Of a stretch of DNA of 41,702 nt, positions 33,701-41,702 are shown piece after piece; the stretch's first letter is position 1; each line of letters opens with the position of its first letter. Both the position numbers and the translations under genes were made by a program. Source of the stretch: Chiloscyllium plagiosum (taxonomy: Eukaryota); NCBI RefSeq assembly GCF_004010195.1, contig NC_057753.1, positions 8,867,484 to 8,909,185 on the forward strand. The letters run 5' to 3'. A model generated the notes under the pieces. The model worked only from the letters and a program-made list of their open reading frames with translations. It did not search any database and was not told the origin of the DNA.

Positions 33701-36700
33701 CGCGTGCGCACGTGCATACATGCATGCAGGGTTCATGCATGGTAGATTTTCTGCCTTAAAAACGGCAGTTTCTGGAGAAACACAACAGTTCTGCTAGCAG
33801 CTATGAAGAGACAACAGTGTTACTGCTTTGAGTCCAGTGGTCCTTCAAAACCTGGTTGGATCCAAAACATTAACTGGTTTCTCTCCACAGATGCTGCCAG
33901 ACATGCTGCGTTTCCCCAGCAATTTTGCCTTTTGTTGCTGATCTCCAACATCTGCAATTCATTATTTTAGTGAATAACTGTTTCATGGTTGCCAGGACCG
34001 AGAGAAACTTTCACTTCCAGATCTTTTTATTAGTTGAACATAAATTCCACCAGCAGCCATGATGGGATTTGAAATTGTGTTCTCAGAAAACCTAGATCTC
34101 GAGGTTGCTCAACCATCATCGCTGGATCCCAATCTTCCCGTCAAAGGTAATTTTCTCCTGACTATTGTCCTTTATTCATTCATGGGATGTCGCACTTTGT
34201 CTCCCACTATTGTTCTGGTTAAAATCAACTTCACTTTCCCGCTGTTTCCCCATAATCCTCAATTCCCTTTCTGATTTCAAAACAAATCTTAGTTTTGAAT
34301 GCACTTAAAAATTCAGTCTCAACAGCTGTCCTAAACATGCAATTCCTTATTTGTAGGTTATTCCCTTTAGTTCTAAACTCACCCACAAGGGTAAACTTTC
34401 CCACATCTCGCCTGTCACGTCTCCTCAGAATCTTGTTTGTGACAATAAGGTTACCTCGAAATCTTCTAACTTCTATTAACCACAGGCACAATCTATTCAT
34501 TTCTCCTCATAAGACATTATTTCCATCCCTGACATCATCCTGGTCAACCTTCTCTGGACTGCCTCCAATGCCAGTATATCTTTCCTGAGCTAAAAGGCCC
34601 ACAACTGTTCCCAGTGTTCAGTTATGGCCTAATTGGTGTCTTAATTACCTATTACTCACTGAACTTGGATGAAGTGTTCATGGATGCGAGCTTGCAAAGC
34701 ATCCTAATCAGCAGCTTTCTCCATTTAACATTCAGCAATCCTAATCAGCAGCTTTCTCCATTTAACATTCAGCACATTTCCTGCTGGCAAAGTGCACAAC
34801 CCCATTTTCCCACATTCAATTCCATCGGCCAAGGTTTTGCTCATTTGCTTAACCTGTCGATATCCCTCTCCATGTCATCCTCACCACCTGCATTCCAATC
34901 AACTGTCTCGACTGCAGTCTTGGCAATAGTACATTCACTTCATGTTTCCAAGTAATTCATATCCATATTGTAAATAATTTTGGCCCCAGCACTGATCCCT
35001 GTGGCACATTGCTAGTTACAAGTTGCGATCCTGAACATGCCCCTTACCCCTACTGCATCATTGGTTAGCCAATCATCCATCCATACGATTAGAGTGTCTC
35101 CAATATCATGTGAATATCATTGGCTCTGCCAGCAAGTCTTCCCAAACCGTCCTTGAAAAGGTGAGGGTGAGCTGCCTCATGAATTGATTCACAAATATGA
35201 TGTGGTCTATAATAAAGGTTCAGGAGCGAGTTCCAGGATTTTGATCAATAACATTGAAGCAATGCGGATATGTCACAGTTGGAATGTTGTGTTCACACTT
35301 ATCTCCTCTTGCTGGTTGAAGTGATGGAGTGGAAGTTGCTCTTGAAGAGCCGCCATTCATATACTCAAGCCAGACAGATCGATTGTGGCCAGAGATTCTG
35401 CCATTTTGACTTCTCATCAATCTACATTCTTTCCATCTAAGTTTTAGTCACATCAAAGTGCCACGCAATGCTGTTATGGCCTCAGTAAACTATAATAACG
35501 TGAAGATCGCTGTGATGATTTTCTACATCCGACTGCAATATAAACACAGATCATTGTTTCCAGTTTTTGTGGAACAAAAGACATCGTATTGGTTGATAAT
35601 TACAGTTAGTGCAAACACAGCTAGCCATCTAGAAATATTAATCCTGTTCACTTCAATGGCCAAATTTCAATTCAGAAACCAAGTGCTGCTTGTAACATAG
35701 ACAACATGACAAAATGGCTCATAGGAGGCGAAATGGGGCATTGAAGAGGAGTGAAATGTTTGCTTTTGCTCACCTCCACAATTGTTAGAAAAACAGGTTG
35801 TAAGGATTCTTAAAAGGTGGCTGAAGTAATGGTGTGGCATAACACTTCAGACAGCGGAAAGTGGAAGACCACTTTCTAGTGGAAGAAAAAGACATATCTT
35901 ATTTCTGAAAGAACTGGGAAACAGACGAGGGGATGAAATCTGACTTGGGAGCTATTTTCTATTTGTTGAGGAAGTTGCTTTATCACAGTCTAGGTTTCGA
36001 GCATAAGCTCTTCATCAGGATTAAAGGGTTGCCCAAGGGGGCTGAGAGATAAATGGGAAGGAAGTGGGGCTGGAGGGAAGGCAGCTGGGAATGCAAGAGA
36101 TAAATGGAGGTAGGGATTGATGGTGATAGATAAGAGATGAGGTTGGAGCAAATAGGTGAGAAGCAAGGTGGACAGGTATGACAGGTCAAGAGGTTGGTGT
36201 CGAATTGGTAGGTTGGATTTGGGACAAGGTGGGGGAGAGGAAATGAGGAAACTGATGAAATCTACATTGATCCGTTGTAGTTGGAGAGTCCCAAGGCAGA
36301 AGATGATGTGTTTTTCCTGCAAGCGTCGGGTTGCAAGAGGTTGGCAGTGGAGGAGGCCCTGGACTTGCATGTCCTTGGTGGAATGGGAGGGGGAGATAAA
36401 GTGTTCAGCACAGGCGGTCGGTCGCTTAGTTTCAGTGACCCAGAGCTGTTCGGTGAAACGTTCTGCTAGTTGGCGTCCAGTTTCCCGAATGTGGTTGAGA
36501 CCATATTGCGAGAAATGGACATAATCTTATAAATAGATTGCATAAATCTTAGCCTGCTGGAGTTATTTCCTTTAACTAAATTAAAGAAAACTTTAATTAA
36601 ATTGGGTGACTGCATAAAACGGTTTGATGGTCAGATTTGAAGCATCACTCCCAAATGAGACAATGCCATGAATATCAGTGAACTCTTTTTGTTAAAAACC

Positions 36701-38244
36701 ACAAGTTCTTGATTTATTTTCACAACTTACTGGTATTTACACCTGCACAAACTCTGACATCAGAAATGAAATTACAGCTTTAATTTTGACTTACAATATT
36801 CGAACAAACAAATTAATAGCACACAGTGAATACCAAAATTGATGAGTATGAAATTAAATTTGACCACAAAAAATTTTAAAATCAAGATGGGAGATAAGAA
36901 ATGGGGGATGGGCATAAGGCAAGAAATGCAGCATCATAGAAGGTGCTCCTCCAGGGAGCGTATTTTACCAACTACCGCTGCTAAATATAAACACTCTGAG
37001 ATGATCTTCCGGTTTTGATGTAAACCATAGCCCTATACAGTAGGTACCATTTAAATGAATTAATAGATGCAAGTCTTGAGCAAATCCAGCCTCCAGCCGG
37101 ACCCCCCGCCGCTTCTTGGAGCTCGGACCTTCCTCCAACTCCGGGAAATTGCTGCTACTGCCACTCCTCCACTGAAGAAGCTTTGGGAAGCAGATGTAAA
37201 GGCAAGATACAGAACAGAGCACCTTTGCAAATGAAAGCACTTTACAGAGACATTGAGCAATAGCATCACCTGGTTTTGACCCATCGGCCTCTGGGTTATG
37301 TGACCAGCACATTCACGCAGCACTACTCTGCTTCTGGCCACCCAGCAGCTGGATTGTGCATCAGTTTAAAGTAGGTCCTATATCTCTGATTACATCGGTA
37401 CACAAGGCAGTGAAGAAAGGTTTCAGCACACTGGCCTTCATCAATTAGAGAATTGAGTATAGATGTTGGCAAGTTATGTTGTAGTTATACAGGACGTTGA
37501 TGAGGCTGCACTTGGAATATTGTGATCAGTTTTGGTCCCCTTGGTGTTCTGACTTCTGACTTCTTCGAACCCTGGGTTTGTGTTGAACTTGATGGGATAC
37601 TTTGTACAACTCAGCATGTTTAAACAGTATCTTTCAGAGGGATTCATTTGAAACTTTTGAGGAGGTGTGCTCAACAAGATTGAACTATTCAAAGTTACTT
37701 GGACTCTATTTTAAAATTACACCAGTACCAGTAGTCAGAGACACGTACAGCATGGAAACAAACCCTTCGGTCCAACTTTTCCATGCTGACTTGATATCCT
37801 AAATTAATCTAGTCCCATTTGATAGCACCCGACCCATATTTTCTGGCAGCTCATTTCATATATGTACCATCCTCTGCATGAAGAAGTTGTCCCTTTAAAA
37901 TATTTCGCCTCTAACTATACACCTATGCCCTCTAGTTCTGGACTCCCACACCCCAAGGAAAGGACCTTGTCTATTACCCTGTCCATGCCCCTCATGATTT
38001 TGTAACGTCTATTAGATCACTCCTCTGCCTCCGATGCTCCAGTGAAAACAGCTCCATCCTATTGAGCCTCTCCCTGTAGCTCAAACCCTCCAATCCTCAG
38101 CAACATTCCCGTAAATCGTTTCTCATGGACAAGTCAACGTTTCAGTTCTGAAGAAGGGTTAATACCCAAAATGCTGACTACTCCACATCCTGGTGCTGCC
38201 TGGCTTGCTGTATTCTCCCAACCTCCTGCTTGCCTACTTCGGGT
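27180..38244 (+). repeat. Segmental duplication unit, copy B (same TE content as copy A)
   Basis: Collinear with 84-11250 up to the second gap. Includes a V-SINE at about 28435-28680 (-), L2 and CR1 relics, and a PLE at about 35985-36520 (-). Confidence 0.95.
35985..36520 (-). mobile_element. Penelope-like element 3' end with hammerhead motif (35991-36018)
   Basis: Translates MQVQGLLHCQPLATRRLQEKHIIFCLGTLQLQRINVDF. Paralog of 8866-9400. Confidence 0.85.
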
Positions 38245-38744
38245 NNNNNNNNNNNNNNNNNNNNNNNNNNNNNNNNNNNNNNNNNNNNNNNNNNNNNNNN
38301 NNNNNNNNNNNNNNNNNNNNNNNNNNNNNNNNNNNNNNNNNNNNNNNNNNNNNNNNNNNNNNNNNNNNNNNNNNNNNNNNNNNNNNNNNNNNNNNNNNNN
38401 NNNNNNNNNNNNNNNNNNNNNNNNNNNNNNNNNNNNNNNNNNNNNNNNNNNNNNNNNNNNNNNNNNNNNNNNNNNNNNNNNNNNNNNNNNNNNNNNNNNN
38501 NNNNNNNNNNNNNNNNNNNNNNNNNNNNNNNNNNNNNNNNNNNNNNNNNNNNNNNNNNNNNNNNNNNNNNNNNNNNNNNNNNNNNNNNNNNNNNNNNNNN
38601 NNNNNNNNNNNNNNNNNNNNNNNNNNNNNNNNNNNNNNNNNNNNNNNNNNNNNNNNNNNNNNNNNNNNNNNNNNNNNNNNNNNNNNNNNNNNNNNNNNNN
38701 NNNNNNNNNNNNNNNNNNNNNNNNNNNNNNNNNNNNNNNNNNNN
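38245..38744. other. Assembly gap (500 N)
   Basis: Exact run of 500 N. Confidence 1.
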
Positions 38745-40049
38745 TCACGGTCAATGAATGGTCATAGTATCATAGCTACACCAATAATAACCCTTGCTCT
38801 GCCTAGATTCATTTGTCACAGTTCACAATATCAGAAAGAGAACAGGTCGTCAACAATGTGAGCAGTCAGCATTTGCAGCTCTCACAAACAGACAGTTTAT
38901 CTTCCGATACAATGGGCCATGAGGAATCAGAGAGGCTGGTAAGTGTCTGATACTAACCTCATTGGTGGAAGTGTACAGGTAGCCACAGCCCACAGAGCAT
39001 GCCCTGTGTCAGATGGAAGCACAGGCAACAAGCTGTTGTGACTAGGTACCCACTCTGACTTGCGTGCTGGGAATTGTTTCCATCTAGTTTCTATCTGGCG
39101 AATGGGAGAATAGGAGCCTAAGTATCAATGAGATGAGATTAGGCACTAATGGCATGAAAATAGACTTCCCATTATTCAGTCATGAGATTATCATTTAAAA
39201 TTTTGTTACAGATTACTTTTCAAAGTAGAGAATTACATTTTTCTGATCTTGCTGCATTTTCCGAATTAACTCACCAATATCTATATTGTTCAGGAACTGG
39301 AAAACTCTGCCCTGTAAAACTCTATCTCACAAAGAGAGGAAAGGAATATTAACAGTCCAACTTGCATTCTCTCTTTGATTATTGTTAATATACTGTCCTT
39401 TGCAGATGGTTTCAACCCAAGGTAGTAATAGGCAATCTTTCATTCCTCAATATGCATGGTCAGCAGGCAAATGTGAGCACAGCAAGAACTTCAAATTTCT
39501 TGATACCTTAGTGAGTTGTTTTTTTTAAAACAGTAATTGCAAGGCAGCCAGCTTTTTAAGCTCTGTGTGAGTTGCTTGGACTTGTTACACAATCATTACA
39601 GCCAATTTACGACAATGGTATGCTTTCTAAAGCCATTGTTGGTATTTGAAATTCTCCGGCATTAAAGGCAATTGATGGAAGTTATCAATAGCTGAAGGGC
39701 TTTGCCTGAAACATTGACTCGACTGCTCCTCAGATGCTGCCTGATCTGCTGTGATTTTCCAGCATTGCACTCTGACCTTTCAGCATTTGCAGTCCTCAAT
39801 TTCACGTCAATGTCTGACAGTCACTGAATCCATCGGGACTGTAACAATTTTCGACCATGATTCTGTGAGAAGGAACTAAGCTTTTTGGTTCCTGTTTCAG
39901 TACGTTTTCAGCATCAGTGAGACTGGAAGAGAGACACTACTGTTGCAGCACTCTGATTGTGGAGCCAGAAAATGTTATACTGACTGGGAGGTGTAATTCA
40001 CGGCAGAGAAGTGCTGTACACATGTTTGTGTGCAGGTGAAGCTTCGGTC

Positions 40050-40960
40050 ATGGAGAAACCTAAGGAATCCCGTCCCGTGGAGAAACCGTGGAAGTGTGGC
40101 GACTGTGGGAAAAGCTTCCGTTTCCCATCTGACCTGGAGACTCATGGGCGCAGTCACACCGGGGAGAGACTGTTCTCCTGCTCTAAGTGCGGAAAGGGCT
40201 TCAGCAATTCCACCCGCCTGATGAGCCATCAGCGGGTCCACATTAGAGAGAGGTCCTTCAGCTGCCCAGAGTGCGGGAAGACCTTCAGCAATTCCTCTGT
40301 CCTGCAGAGGTACCAGCGGGTCCACACGGGCGATAGGCCTTTCCCCTGCCCCGAGTGCGGAAACGGCTCAGCAATTCCTCCCGCCTGCTGAGGCACCCGG
40401 GGGTCCACACGGGGGAGAGGCCCTTCAGATGTCCCAAGTGCGGGATGACCTTTAGCAGTTGCTACTTTCTGCAGAGGCACCAGCGGGTCCACACAGGCGA
40501 GAGGCCATTCTCCTGCCCCGAATGCAGGAAGGCCTTCAGCTATTCCTCCGTCCTGTTGACCCACCGCCGGGTCCACATAATGGAAAAACCCTTCAGCTGC
40601 TCCAATTGCGGGAAGGCCTTCAACGATACCTCTGTCCTGCTGATGCACCAGCGGGTCCACACCGGGAAGAGCCCGTTCTCCTGCCTCAAGTGCGAGAAGG
40701 GCTTTACCCAGGCATCCCACCTTCGGTCCATACGGGGGAGAGGCCCTTCCCCTGCCCAGAGTGCGGGAAGGCCTTCAGCAATTTCTCCCACCTGCTGAGG
40801 CACAGCCGGAGGCCATACCGGGGAGAGACCGTTCACCTGCTCCGAGTGCAGGCGGAGGTTCTCGTCATTCTGCACCTTGCAGAAGCACCAGCAGGCACAC
40901 CAGTTCTCCCAACAATCTGATTCTGCTGGTGAAACTGCTGTGGGTCACTGCCAGGACTGA
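40050..40960 (+). pseudogene. C2H2 zinc-finger probable pseudogene, 10 fingers
   Basis: Starts MEKPKESRPVEKPWKCGDCGKSF. Fingers continue across frames, with shifts near 40367, 40726 and 40810. Tail [16 protein letters not shown]. Confidence 0.9.
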
Positions 40961-41509
40961 ACCCCTGCCCAGTGCTTATCGTGGGAGAGTCGGTCGGATT
41001 TTTTTGTTTTATGCCGTCGTGCTCCCCCACCCCCGTAACTTTGCTTCCAGTGGGCACTGCTGCTCGTTGAGACCAGGAGCGGTTTTCTCTAGTGTCTTCT
41101 GTCCAGTTAAAGAATTATTGGCTCTGTCTGGGAACGAGCTCCAGTCTGTAAGAAATAGCTGAATACTTCAGTGTGTTCATTCACATTCAGCAGTGACTTT
41201 GAAATTAAATTTACGGTTATGTGCCTGTGAACAACTCATATTCGAAGGATTGCCCAACGGCTTGGCAATCCATTGTTGGAAACTGATTGGTGAATTGATA
41301 ATTTTTAAACTTCTCTTCCTTAATTTACCCCTTAAGTTTGTGTCTATGGGATGGTGGAGGACTTGATCATAAGGCTTAAATCATTGCTATTAACTGGATT
41401 ATCTTGTTTAACTTTGCCCTCGTAAATTTGCGGTATTCATAATTATTTGTTCTTGTTTAAATTATAATTCTGGTGATCAAGATCTGTTCATTAAGTGTGG
41501 TTCTCTTGA

Positions 41510-41702
41510 TGAAACTGCTGTGGGTCACTCCCAGGACTGAGCCCCTGTGCATTCTGACAGATGTGTGTGCAGTGGGAGAGTCAGTGGGCTTTTTTGTTTT
41601 ATGCCCTTGCCCCACCCTGCCCGCCGCCAACTTTGCCTCCATTGGGCGTTGCTGCTTGTTGAGCCCAGGAGCTGTTCTCTCTAGATTCTATTGTCCAGTT
41701 AA
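41510..41702 (+). repeat. Start of a third copy of the duplicated unit
   Basis: Matches 27180-27372 and 84-265. Confidence 0.9.

Noticed and set aside
38745..39670. Apparently unique AT-rich segment after the second gap
   Set aside because: No ORF, repeat or structure that I can support.

Overview
Eukaryotic, repeat-rich vertebrate DNA, most likely a cartilaginous fish (shark). This is inferred from V-SINE/HE1-like SINEs, CR1 and L2 LINE relics, Penelope-like elements (PLEs) and a shark-type minisatellite. The window is part of a tandemly duplicated cluster of C2H2 zinc-finger genes with no visible KRAB domain: one 3' tail at 1-84, one minus-strand pseudogene at about 11.85-12.5 kb, and two frameshifted plus-strand copies at about 25.9-26.6 and 40.05-40.96 kb. 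An ~11 kb block (about 84-11250) recurs at about 27180-38244, and a third copy starts near 41510. A central island (15.0-18.1 kb) holds a near-intact tRNA-Glu(TTC), a 3' half tRNA-Glu, and degenerate tRNA-Ser(TGA) and tRNA-Asn(GTT) copies, all on the minus strand. The most notable points are: (i) a ~930 bp cassette of tRNA-Glu genes plus a PLE 3' end that appears inserted inside another PLE; (ii) several minimal hammerhead-ribozyme motifs in PLE termini, including a 90 bp mini-insertion with a target-site duplication (TSD) and a tandem pair 66 nt apart; (iii) an inverted ~45-75 bp motif bracketing the Ser/Asn tRNA relics. There are two 500-N scaffold gaps. No intact protein-coding gene is supported, and most listed ORFs are spurious or transposon-derived. 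Transposon boundaries are approximate and identities are estimated by eye.
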